DNA from: Patescibacteria group bacterium
GTDB lineage: Bacteria > Patescibacteriota > UBA1384 > XYA2-FULL-43-10 > 1-14-0-10-43-13
DNA length: 64,000 bases
Direction: 5' to 3'
Assembly: GCA_041649155.1 (NCBI GenBank)
Contig: JBAZNP010000001.1
Span: forward strand, 673,183 to 737,182
Position 1 is the first letter of the stretch; every line of letters begins with the position of its first letter. Below the pieces are notes generated by a model. The model worked only from the letters and a program-made list of their open reading frames with translations. It searched no databases and was not told the DNA's origin. Position numbers and translations under genes: made by a program. Of the stretch, positions 48,876 through 58,800 are shown in pieces.

Positions 48876-48993
48876 AAACATTTACTAAATATGACTTTTC
48901 TATCAAATCGGTTGTATTTTAACTAAGTAAACAGGATTATTGAGCACAAAAAACCCTACAATCGATTTTAAGCGATTTTTATTGTTTGAGTGA

Positions 48994-49368
48994 CTATTTC
49001 CCCATCTCGTCTTTAGATTCTATGTTGATTTGTTTCCAAATTTTACCGAATGCGGTGGTTTTTATAATTCCGATGTTGGCAAAGATCCTAATGACGAAAG
49101 CTACTAGTATGGCTAGATATAGATCCAGGTTCAATTTATCTCCAATAAAGGTAATCAGTACTGCGATGATCATATTGAAGGCAAGTCCTGAGAGAAATAT
49201 GGTTGTTGAATATTTTTTTTCGATCGATGCACGAATGGCGCCAAATAGGGAATCGAGAACTCCGACGATTGCAACTGCAGTGTAGCGGGCAAGTTCTGGC
49301 GGAATATTAATTTGAAGAAAAGCCCCCATGATCAATCCTAGTGAAAGACCCAATATTATAAGATACAT
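48994..49368 (-). CDS. small polytopic membrane protein (DUF1290/Sbp-like?)
   Basis: 124 aa with three hydrophobic helices. Family call is tentative. Confidence 0.35.
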   Translation of the reverse strand: MYLIILGLSLGLIMGAFLQINIPPELARYTAVAIVGVLDSLFGAIRASIEKKYSTTIFLSGLAFNMIIAVLITFIGDKLNLDLYLAILVAFVIRIFANIGIIKTTAFGKIWKQINIESKDEMGK

Positions 49369-49551
49369 AATAACTCCTTCGGATAAATTTCTAAATCCTA
49401 ATTTCTAATGTCAAATAAAATAACAAATGCTCAAATGTTTAAAATAATTTATAAATTTGATTTTTAGATTTTTATTTGAAATTTGTAATTTAGGATTTGT
49501 CATTATGCTGATATTCTGGAAAATAAACTAATTTTTCTTTCTCGCGCTCCC

Positions 49552-50463
49552 CTACTTTGCAATAGCAGTAGAAGGGATTTTCTTTTCCTGCCATTTAACC
49601 AGAATTGCCGTGGCAACAAATATTGAGGAGTAAGTACCAAAGAATATACCAATGATCAAAGTTAGTACGAAATGTCTTATGGAAGTTCCGCCTAGGACAA
49701 ATAATGAGATTAATACAATAATCACTGTTAAGGAAGTATTTATTGATCGCGCAAGTGTTTGATTAACACTTTCTTCTGCTATTATTGTAACGCCTTTATG
49801 CGGGTTTTTAATAAAGTTTTCACGCAATCGGTCATAAACGACGATTGTATCATGAACGGAAAAACCCATTATAGTAAGAAGCGCAGTAATAAATAAAGCA
49901 TCTACTTCCACCCATGGAACAAAATGGGATATCACAGCAATCGCACCGGTTGTTATTAATAGGTCGTGAATTATGGCAACAACCGCTGATATACCGAATT
50001 TCCATGATGAAAGTGGTTTGGGTATCTTGCGAAAAGCAAAAGCAATATAAATTATGATTGCGATTGAAGCTAAAATCACAGCAATTATTGATTTAGTTGT
50101 TAGATCCTTGCTAATAGAAGGCCCGACGCTATCGTATAAACTTTCTTTGTAATCCCCTCCTAATGCGTTGGTGAGGTTTTCTGTTAATTTTGTGTGATCT
50201 TCATTTGAAAGGACTGGCAAGCGCAGGTTGATCTGATTATTGGCACCTTCTTTTATTTGATAGCCTGAGCTGAATTGTTGCTTAACTGTATTCTCAACAA
50301 TTGTAAGCTTGTTGGAATTATTTGAGTGCGCTTCAATAACCGTACCTCCTTTGTAGTCAATTCCGAGTCTTAAACCGAATACGGCGATTGCTACTATGGA
50401 CAAGACCATGAGAGATCCTGAAAATACAAACCAATAGTTTGAATTTTTAATAATTTTAAACAT
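49552..50463 (-). CDS. secF: protein-export membrane protein SecF
   Basis: MFKIIKNSNYWFVFSGSLMVLSIVAIAVFGL... has SecF topology with conserved C-terminal TM bundle. Overlaps the secD stop by 8 nt. Confidence 0.85.
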   Translation of the reverse strand: MFKIIKNSNYWFVFSGSLMVLSIVAIAVFGLRLGIDYKGGTVIEAHSNNSNKLTIVENTVKQQFSSGYQIKEGANNQINLRLPVLSNEDHTKLTENLTNALGGDYKESLYDSVGPSISKDLTTKSIIAVILASIAIIIYIAFAFRKIPKPLSSWKFGISAVVAIIHDLLITTGAIAVISHFVPWVEVDALFITALLTIMGFSVHDTIVVYDRLRENFIKNPHKGVTIIAEESVNQTLARSINTSLTVIIVLISLFVLGGTSIRHFVLTLIIGIFFGTYSSIFVATAILVKWQEKKIPSTAIAK

Positions 50464-51751
50464 GAATAAGTCCTTTTGCTCTGCTGCCGGCAATTAATAG
50501 TAGGATGGTTCTTGTTACGGTTATAGCCGTAAACAAACTGATAGCAATACCAATGCCCAGTGTTAAGGCAAATCCCCGAACTGGTCCTGATCCAGCAGTG
50601 AAATAGAGAATTAAACAAGTGATGATCGAAGATAGGTTTGAGTCTTTAACGGAACTCCATGCTCTCTTGAAACCATCAATTATTGATAAATTTAATGTTT
50701 TACCTAGCGCCATTTCCTCTCTCATTCGTTCAAAGATTAGAATATTGGCATCAATTGCCATTCCGATAGAAAGGACGAAACCGGCGATACCAGCTAAAGA
50801 TAGTGTAACTGGAATTAATTTATATAGAGCAAAACTGATTATCGAGTAAAAAACCAAAGCTATCATCGCAATCAGTCCTGAGGTTTTGTAATAAGAAACC
50901 ATAAATATTCCAACTAAGAGAAGGCCGACTATGCCGGCGACAGCACTTTTTTGCAGTGAATCTTTGCCGAGTGTAGCTCCAACGTTCTGTTGCCCGATTA
51001 AAGTGGCTGGAACTGGCAGCATGCCCTCATTGAGGCGCTGAGCCAGCTCTTGTGCTTCTTTAATATTGTTTGATCCAGTTATAATGGCTTCGCCATTGGT
51101 TAATTCTGTTTGAACAGTTGGCGCAGTAACTATTTTATTATCTAAAACGACAGCTATTTGTTTTTGGACATTCCTTTTTGTTAATTCGGCAAATTTTTCC
51201 TTGCCGACATTATCAAATTTAATTGTTACGACTGGTTCTGACTGTAAATTACTCTGGCTGCTGTTTTGGAAAGTGTATTCGGCTGATTTTAATTGCCGTC
51301 CATTTAGATCGGTCTTTTTCCAGTAACCAGGATATGTGAAGCTGGGATCATAATAGTCATTTAGCTGCACCCCGTCTTCTGCTGTTCCTGTTTCCATAAA
51401 TACGAGTTCGTATGTTGCTCCGATCTTATCAACAGCCTGATTTATGTCTTTGACGCCTGGCAGTTCAACAATAATCTTACTAGTGCCGGAGGTTTGAATG
51501 GTTGGTTCAGCTACGCCAAGCTCATCTATTCTATTCCTAAAAACGTTTGCAAGGTTATTTAGATCCTTTATTTTGTCGGTTGATGCCGATAAATCGGCCT
51601 GATAAACAAGTTCGGTTCCGCCAACTAGATCAAGACCCAAAACAGCCTTAATTTTTTGCCCGGCAATCGGACTTTTAGGCACGTCAATTAGTACACCGAA
51701 AGTGACAATGACTATAATCACAGCAAACATTATCCAAAGATTTCTTTTCAT
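50456..51751 (-). CDS. secD: protein-export membrane protein SecD
   Basis: N-terminal TM, large periplasmic domain, C-terminal six-TM SecD/SecF core (LAGIAGFVLSIGMAIDANILIFERMREE). Confidence 0.85.
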   Translation of the reverse strand: MKRNLWIMFAVIIVIVTFGVLIDVPKSPIAGQKIKAVLGLDLVGGTELVYQADLSASTDKIKDLNNLANVFRNRIDELGVAEPTIQTSGTSKIIVELPGVKDINQAVDKIGATYELVFMETGTAEDGVQLNDYYDPSFTYPGYWKKTDLNGRQLKSAEYTFQNSSQSNLQSEPVVTIKFDNVGKEKFAELTKRNVQKQIAVVLDNKIVTAPTVQTELTNGEAIITGSNNIKEAQELAQRLNEGMLPVPATLIGQQNVGATLGKDSLQKSAVAGIVGLLLVGIFMVSYYKTSGLIAMIALVFYSIISFALYKLIPVTLSLAGIAGFVLSIGMAIDANILIFERMREEMALGKTLNLSIIDGFKRAWSSVKDSNLSSIITCLILYFTAGSGPVRGFALTLGIGIAISLFTAITVTRTILLLIAGSRAKGLIHV

Positions 51752-51804
51752 AAATTTCTCCGTTTCTATCTAATATGATAGTTCATTTGACCACTGTCAG
51801 TCAA

Positions 51805-52434
51805 TCATATCATTGGATAAATGGCGATTTCCTCTTCTTTTAAGAGCTTAGGAAAAATATCGCTTTCAAGCATGGAGAAACCGTTCGGTAAGTGATTGAA
51901 AATTTCTGATTCTAAGATATAAGCTCCTTCTAGTGCTGACAAATTATTTGTGGCTATTGTGGCGGTATTTTTTTGTTTTCTATGAAAAGAGATCAATTTT
52001 TCCAAGTTAATTTTTAAGACTTCATCTGTATTAACTACTATAAAAGTTTTGTTAAAGGTCTTTTTGAGTTGTTTTATTGCTCCTCCTGAGCCTTCGCCTT
52101 CAATATATTTTATCTCTAATCCGAGGTCTTTTCCGTCGCCTAGTTTTTGAATTATTTTATCTCCCAAATATCCAATTGCGACATGCACCACAGTGCAGCC
52201 ATATTTTTTAAGGAGCTTTAAATTTTCTTTTGCTGTGGGTATTAACTTGAGAGCGTCCTTACCTCCCAGCAATAAAATAGCATTTCTGGTTTCACCTGAG
52301 TTTAGGGCTGTAGTGGTGAGTGTCTCAATCGCATGTGAGCGATTTCTGATATTCATTCCGTCTATCGTACCATCAATTTCTTTTAGCAGGTTTTTTTTAA
52401 TTGAGATCGTTATTCTTTCGCGTTCCATGCTCAC
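51805..52434 (-). CDS. ribbon-helix-helix domain fused to a degenerate sugar-nucleotidyltransferase-like domain
   Basis: N-terminus ERITISIKKNLLKEIDGTIDGMNIRNRSHAIETL (CopG/Arc-like). Followed by NAILLLGGKDALKLIP...IGYLGDKIIQKLGDGKDLGLEIKYIEGEGSGGAIKQL...FIVVNTDEV resembling a GlmU/RmlA-type NTP-transferase with a degenerate G-loop. Confidence 0.4.
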   Translation of the reverse strand: MSMERERITISIKKNLLKEIDGTIDGMNIRNRSHAIETLTTTALNSGETRNAILLLGGKDALKLIPTAKENLKLLKKYGCTVVHVAIGYLGDKIIQKLGDGKDLGLEIKYIEGEGSGGAIKQLKKTFNKTFIVVNTDEVLKINLEKLISFHRKQKNTATIATNNLSALEGAYILESEIFNHLPNGFSMLESDIFPKLLKEEEIAIYPMI

Positions 52435-52539
52435 CTTTCTTTAATGTTGATAAAATAATTTTGTTATTAATACTAAAATTACCGTACCATATACTTTTTT
52501 TGAGTGCAAATATTAATATGAATTTGTATGATTAAGGCG

Positions 52540-53505
52540 TTAAATTGACTTTAAATTATCGAGAACTGATTCCATGTCTTTGGGAATTGGTGCCTCAAAT
52601 GTTGAGTGTTTGACATCTCCTGGTAATGAAATCTCCAGAGTTCTGGCATGCAATAATTGCCTTTCAATTCCCATTTTTTGGGATAGGTTGTCACAATGTT
52701 TGTTGCCATAAAATTGATCGCCTAAAACAGGAATTCCAATCAGACTCGCCTGTACTCTGATCTGATGCGTTCTTCCTGTTTTGATATTAAATTCAACCAG
52801 TGAAATTCTATTATGTTGGCTATCTTCAAAACATTGTAATACTTTGTAATCAGATATTGCTTCTCTCCCCTTCTCTTTTCCAATATCTGCTATCATTTTT
52901 CTATTTTTCGGGTGTCTTCCTAGATAATTAATTAATCTTCCTTCGGATTTTTTGGGCCAGCCACAACAAAGAGCAATATAAATCTTTTTAACAGTGCGGT
53001 TTTGTATCTGCTTTGACAATGAGTGCATTGTCCTTTCATTTTTTGCGATGATTATTACTCCTGATGTATCTTTATCTAAACGATGAACTAAGCCAGGTCT
53101 TTGCTCGGAGACAATATTGCCTTTTTCATATACGGCCTCCCGTATTTTAGGGAAATAATCTAAAAGCGCATTCACTAGCGTTCCACTGCTATTTCCGGCA
53201 GCAGGATGGACTACAATTCCTGGTTGTTTGTTTACGACAATAACGTTCTCATCTTCGTAAATAATATCCAGGTTAATTTTTTCAGGAACAACCTCCTTTT
53301 TTAATCTTGGAGCAATATTTATTTCGATTAAATCTAGTGAGTTAATTTTATAGCTGGGTTTAGTGCTATTTTTGTTTACAGTTACCATATCTTTCTTGAT
53401 CAAACTAGAAAGTTGAGACCTAGAAAATTCCGGCAATTTCGCAACTAAAAAAGAATCTAGACGCTTCCCTACTTCATTTGATTTTGCTTCAATTTTTTTT
53501 ATCAT
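52540..53505 (-). CDS. rluD: RluA/RluD-family 23S rRNA pseudouridine synthase
   Basis: S4 domain N-terminus, catalytic HRLDKDTSGVIIIAKN, C-terminal GRTHQIRVQ. Confidence 0.9.
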   Translation of the reverse strand: MIKKIEAKSNEVGKRLDSFLVAKLPEFSRSQLSSLIKKDMVTVNKNSTKPSYKINSLDLIEINIAPRLKKEVVPEKINLDIIYEDENVIVVNKQPGIVVHPAAGNSSGTLVNALLDYFPKIREAVYEKGNIVSEQRPGLVHRLDKDTSGVIIIAKNERTMHSLSKQIQNRTVKKIYIALCCGWPKKSEGRLINYLGRHPKNRKMIADIGKEKGREAISDYKVLQCFEDSQHNRISLVEFNIKTGRTHQIRVQASLIGIPVLGDQFYGNKHCDNLSQKMGIERQLLHARTLEISLPGDVKHSTFEAPIPKDMESVLDNLKSI

Positions 53506-54353
53506 TTTAAAAAACCGGATATGCTAGTATCGCTGTTAACCCTATATCGATTAAGCTCAAATAAATTCTCAAAAGTTGTTAACTTGCTTTTTGTGGTTAC
53601 GGCATATTTATAGCCAGTCTCTTTGACGATTTGAGCCGTTTCTTCGGAAAATTTCCCCGAAGGATAGCAGAAAGAAATTACATTGTTGCCGATAAGCGAT
53701 TCAAGAGCTTTCTTGCTGCTTGAAATTTCTTCCTGTGCTCTACTGGAGGACGATGTGCTTAAATCCGGATGTGATAAAGTGTGAGAGCCTATTTCTATTC
53801 CATTTGAATTTATCTCTTTTATCTCTTTTTCGCTTAAGTAATCATTCTTGCCAATATCATTTACAATAACGAAAACCGTGCCGATCATTCCTCTTTTTTT
53901 AAGCTCGGGATAGGCATTTTGATAAAAGTTTTCATATCCATCGTCAAAAGTTAGTATTATTGGTTTTGTTGGAGTATTACCAGTACTTAAATCATTAAAA
54001 GTAATTGTTGTATATCCTTCGTTTTTAATTAGATCAAGTTGCTTGGCAAATTTTTCCGGCGAAACTGATAAATTAGTTCCTATTTTGTCATTTGGATCAC
54101 TAAAATCACGAATGTGATGATACATTAAAACTGGCATCGACAGGTTTTGTAGATTTGCTTCATTTGTTGATGTGGATGTGGTGTTATCTTCAGTCTTATC
54201 TTCAATTGAAGATATTTTCACAATCTCCGAGTCGTTATTATTCTGTGTGGACGGAGAAATAACTTTTTCATTTTTAATGAAAATAATTCCGCAAAAAATT
54301 AATGCAGAAGCAACTGTTAATATTATAATTTTTTTTGATTTGCGTTTTTTCAT
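53502..54353 (-). CDS. polysaccharide deacetylase (NodB/PgdA family), membrane-anchored
   Basis: TM IIILTVASALIFCGIIFI. NodB motifs LTFDDGYENFY and HTLSHPDLS. Confidence 0.85.
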   Translation of the reverse strand: MKKRKSKKIIILTVASALIFCGIIFIKNEKVISPSTQNNNDSEIVKISSIEDKTEDNTTSTSTNEANLQNLSMPVLMYHHIRDFSDPNDKIGTNLSVSPEKFAKQLDLIKNEGYTTITFNDLSTGNTPTKPIILTFDDGYENFYQNAYPELKKRGMIGTVFVIVNDIGKNDYLSEKEIKEINSNGIEIGSHTLSHPDLSTSSSSRAQEEISSSKKALESLIGNNVISFCYPSGKFSEETAQIVKETGYKYAVTTKSKLTTFENLFELNRYRVNSDTSISGFLK

Positions 54354-55483
54354 TACTCTATTAAATCATTTGTTTTTTGTTCTAGAATGTTTTGACTTTT
54401 AATTTTATCCACAACTGAAGTTAATTGTCTATTTCTAGTATTTGCTACTACATCGAATTGTTTGCCAGCTGAAGATATTCGATCACCCAAAGTATCAACT
54501 GCAGCACAATATTTTTGATATTCAGTATCAAATTTTTGAATTAAGCCGATAATGTGGTGAAGATTTTCCTGATATCGGAAGTTTGTGTATGCCTGCTTGA
54601 CCATTCGCAAAATAGCAGTGAAACTAAATGGTCCTGCTAAAATTACTTTTTTTTGCATCGCTTCTTCCCAAATATCATTCATTTTATCGTAAATGAAGCT
54701 GAAAATCATCTCATTTGGAATAAAAAGTATGACAAAATCAACTGTTTTTTCTTCAGGGTTAATATAATCTCTGGTGCAAACCTGTTTAATCTTATTCTTT
54801 ACGTCCTGTTTAAAATCTCTCAAATAACGCTCTTTTGTGGTTTTGTCATTTGATTCAACATATTTTACTAATGAAGAATAAGGAAACTTAACATCAATGT
54901 TGATTTTAGTTTGATCTGGTAAGAAGATCGTAAAATCCGGCCTAGTGTCTCGTGTTTGCTGAGTTTCATTCTTTGAGTAGTCTTGTCCAATTACTAAACC
55001 TGCCATTTGCAGTAAATTTTCAGCTACCTGTTCGCCAAATGCTCCTCGCATTTGGTTGTTGGAAAGAAGTTCCTTTAGCTTATCAGTACTTAGCTTTAAG
55101 TCGCCAGTTATTTCTTTATAGCTTTTCAATTCGTTTTGTAGTGCTGAAAAAGATTTTACCCTGTCTTCATCGCTTTTAGTAATTCGTTCTTCGTTTTTTC
55201 TTATGTCTTTTCTTATCTCGTTTATTAGCTCTCCGATTGCAGATTTCTTGCCGTCTAAATCTGTTTTGATCTCATTTTTCTGTGAATTCAGAACTTCTTT
55301 CGCCAGTGTTAAAAATTGTTCTGTGTTATTTTTTAAGGCGTCGTTTGAAATTCTGGCGATCTTGTCTTCCAAATTCATGTCATCAACATTTTTTGTATTC
55401 TTTTTCTTAATTAAAATATTGGCGGCAATTGTTCCAATTATGGCTGCCAAAAATACTGAGATAATAATAAGTATGTTGTTCAT
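54353..55483 (-). CDS. rmuC: DNA recombination protein RmuC
   Basis: N-terminal TM, long coiled-coil, C-terminal RmuC core (DFVILFIPNE...FTAILRMVKQ). Confidence 0.85.
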   Translation of the reverse strand: MNNILIIISVFLAAIIGTIAANILIKKKNTKNVDDMNLEDKIARISNDALKNNTEQFLTLAKEVLNSQKNEIKTDLDGKKSAIGELINEIRKDIRKNEERITKSDEDRVKSFSALQNELKSYKEITGDLKLSTDKLKELLSNNQMRGAFGEQVAENLLQMAGLVIGQDYSKNETQQTRDTRPDFTIFLPDQTKINIDVKFPYSSLVKYVESNDKTTKERYLRDFKQDVKNKIKQVCTRDYINPEEKTVDFVILFIPNEMIFSFIYDKMNDIWEEAMQKKVILAGPFSFTAILRMVKQAYTNFRYQENLHHIIGLIQKFDTEYQKYCAAVDTLGDRISSAGKQFDVVANTRNRQLTSVVDKIKSQNILEQKTNDLIE

Positions 55484-55533
55484 TTCGATTCCCTCTTTTA
55501 TTAATTAGGCGCGACTGTTCAATACTCTCCTGT

Positions 55534-55559
55534 GTCATCCCGACCAACGTGGAGGGATC
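55534..55559. repeat. short palindromic element E9
   Basis: gtcatcccgaccaacgtggagggatc is the reverse complement of the E8 terminal half. Lies about 50 nt upstream of the rmuC start on the - strand, followed by the GC palindrome cctgcctgccggcaggcagg, which also occurs at 40905-40930. Confidence 0.55.
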
Positions 55560-55847
55560 TGTTAACAGTTAATTCTTTTTATTTGTAAGATTTCCCTGCC
55601 TGCCGGCAGGCAGGTCCGCCCCTCAGACAAGGCCGAGGAGTCGAAATGACAGCGGCGAGTGAGCATTGCAATTAAATATAGCATTATTGTAGCATAAATA
55701 TTTAACCGAACAAATGCTGAACATAACAACACAGATTTCTTACACAGATCGAACACTGATACAGGGTGGTCAATAGGACGTTTTACTAATAAAATCGCTG
55801 GCAATATGCCAGTGATTTTATTAGTCTTTCTATTCCCTTTTCTTTCT

Positions 55848-58800
55848 CTACAACTTCACAAATCCGAATATCCTCTGTAGTGATTCCAGTATTACTTCAA
55901 GTGGTCCTTTGTCTTTTTGCGCTGTTGGAGTGGTGAAGGTAAAGTCTCCTGAGACTGCGGTGTTGCCATTGGCATCTTTTGAGGTTGTTCTAAAGTGGTA
56001 GGCTGTGTCAGGAGCTAAATCTTCCAGTGTTACGGAGTGACCCATATTCAGAGATTCTTCTTCTCTTGTCTTTTGTCCATAGTTTCCGCTTGTGCCAAAT
56101 TCAACCTGACTGCTTGCTCCTCTGTTTGTATCCCATGATACAGTTAATTGTACTTTATCTTTAGCTACCAACACTGATTCTTCTATCACCTTGCTATTTG
56201 TAACTTCCAGTGTTGAGTCGTCTCCGACTATCGGCTTTCTCACTACAGGGAGCCCGTCATTTATGCGGTATCTAAAGGTTGTGTTTAGACTCAAGCCTTT
56301 GTCTATGAAGTAGCCATTACTATCAGTGTTAATGCTAGAGTAACTGCTATCATCATTGCTCTTTTCTACCTTTGATCCTTTTGGAAAGGTCAGAACATTT
56401 TGATAGAATCCCTTTTCTTTAAACGATACATCTGTAACTAGAAGATTGTTGGAAAATCCCTGAAGCGACTCCAATGAGTTAGTATCTGAAGACGTGGTGT
56501 CAGCCGCTTTTGTGTTGGTTGTTGTTAATACCCTGAACAGCCCTTGTAATGTATCAATGATGATCTTGAGAATTGATTTGTCTTCCGGTGCAGGTTTCGT
56601 TGTAAATGAAATATCTTCACTTACAAGTTCTTTACCATAAATGTCCTTGCTTGTTACTTTTGCATGATAAGTGGTCGCTGGTTTTAGATCCTTAAGAAGA
56701 ACATTGTGTCCTTGGTTTAAGCTTTCATCTAATTCTGTTTTGTTTCCATAACTGGTAGAGGCTCCATATTCAACTAAGCTTGTTGCTGGATAGACAGTTT
56801 TCCATGAAACAGTAACGGTGGTTTTGTCCTTAGCTACTACAGAAGAAGCAGTGCCTTTTGGATCAGAGATGACATCTGTTTCAATTGCTTTTCCTGTCGT
56901 ATTAACTTTAACTACTCCTGTTTCTGAGCTATTGCCGGCATTGTCAACTGCTTTCACTTTGTAGACATAATCTCCGGAAGTAACATCTGCGTCTAATAGA
57001 TAATATGGCTGGCTCTCATTTCCAGTGTAATTAGTATTAGTATTTTCTTTCTTCGGATTGATATCCCCTATCTTGGCATCTCCCTTAAAGACCTCGTAAT
57101 TTTTAATTAAAGAAGTGTCATCATTTGATCCAGCAAAGTCTAGATAAATGGCATAAACAGAAGCAGCAGTATTGGAAACATTGAATACCCTAAGATCAGA
57201 TGGAATAGTTGGGGCAATGCTATCAACTATTACGGAAAATGTAGAAGTAGCCTTTTCGTTGCCGGCATTATCTAAAGCACGAGCTACAATTGTGTGATTG
57301 CCTTCTGTATAATCTTTCCATTCATAATTCCAGGAATTAGAACTTAGATCTTCGCTCTGAGAACTTAGGGTAGTAGTATTCCAGTCACCATTATCTATTT
57401 GGATTTCTACTTTATTTAGTCCGACTATTGGTTTGGAGGCAGTACCAGAAAGAGCGATTGATTTAGAATTAACGTATTGGCCGGAAGTTAAGTTATCTAA
57501 TGTAATCACAGGACTGGTTTGATCGATCAATACACTCCCCTCAAGAGAGAAGCTGCTTATATGACCAACATTGTCAACTGCCTTAATCCTAATGTAGTAT
57601 GTGCCGACAGAAGCAAAGGTTTTTGATATTGAGTTAGTAGTTACAGTTGTGCCATTTACTATGTCAGTGCCACCAGAGATTGATCCAATGTAGACTAAGT
57701 ATTCCTTAATTCCTGAACCATTACCGTCAGAAGCGGCATTCCAGTTAAAGCTAACCGTTAAATTATTAGTAGGATTGGCAGAAGCTGCAGGAGTAATACT
57801 GCTCAAATCAGGAGTGATAGTGTCGACTTTAACCTCTCTTGACCCAGGAGACAATGAATTAGAATTTCCGGCGTTATCAACGGCATAATATGTTAGAATA
57901 TTATTTCCTTCAGGGGCAGTAATAGCAGAAGAGTAATCAGCCCAGTCCCCGTTCCCCCATCTATACTTGATACCGGATACACCACTGCTATCGACATCCG
58001 TAGCTGACAAAGTCACAGTCGGAGCGGAAGTGTAATATCCGTTTGTATCAGGAGATGCGGGGTTGATGGATGAGGATGATGAAGGATTAACAGTATCCAA
58101 TTTAATCTCTCGATTAAAGGTGGATGAGACATTTCCTGCTATATCGACACCATAGTAGTAAACAGTATTTACTCTTTCTGGTGCAGTTAAAGCGGTAGAG
58201 TATGTGCTAAAGTCGCCACTACTACCCCATCTGTAATATATCGAACCGGCACCACTCAAAGCATCTGTCTCTGAGAATGTAACAGAAGGAGCTGTTCCTT
58301 TGTAGTATCCGTTAATACCATTTACCTCAGAAGGAGAAACAGAGATATCTACAGCAGACGGAGCAGCAGTGTCTACTTTGTATTCTGTAATTGAAGGATC
58401 ATCAAGACCAGAATTATTGGCTTCATCTGTAGCATATGCATAAAGAGAATTCGTTCCTTCTGGAGCAGTAACTGGAGTAGAATAAGTCAAGTAATCTCCA
58501 GAGCTTCCCCATCTGTAATATATTCCTGTCACAACCGGCCCGATTGACTCGGCCGATAAAGTAATGGTCGGAGCAGTTGTCTTAAACCAATTATTTGATC
58601 CGTTCGGAGATACGGGATTAGAAACAGAAATTACAATCGGTGCTGTATAAACAAAATTCCAACCGTTGTTATTGCCGCTATCAATAACATTACTATAATT
58701 TCCAGGAGTGATTATTCCTCCTGTAATGTTTGAATTAGCAACTTGAATATATTGATCAGACGTAAATGAAGCAGGGATAGCAATTGTATATTGATCTGAC

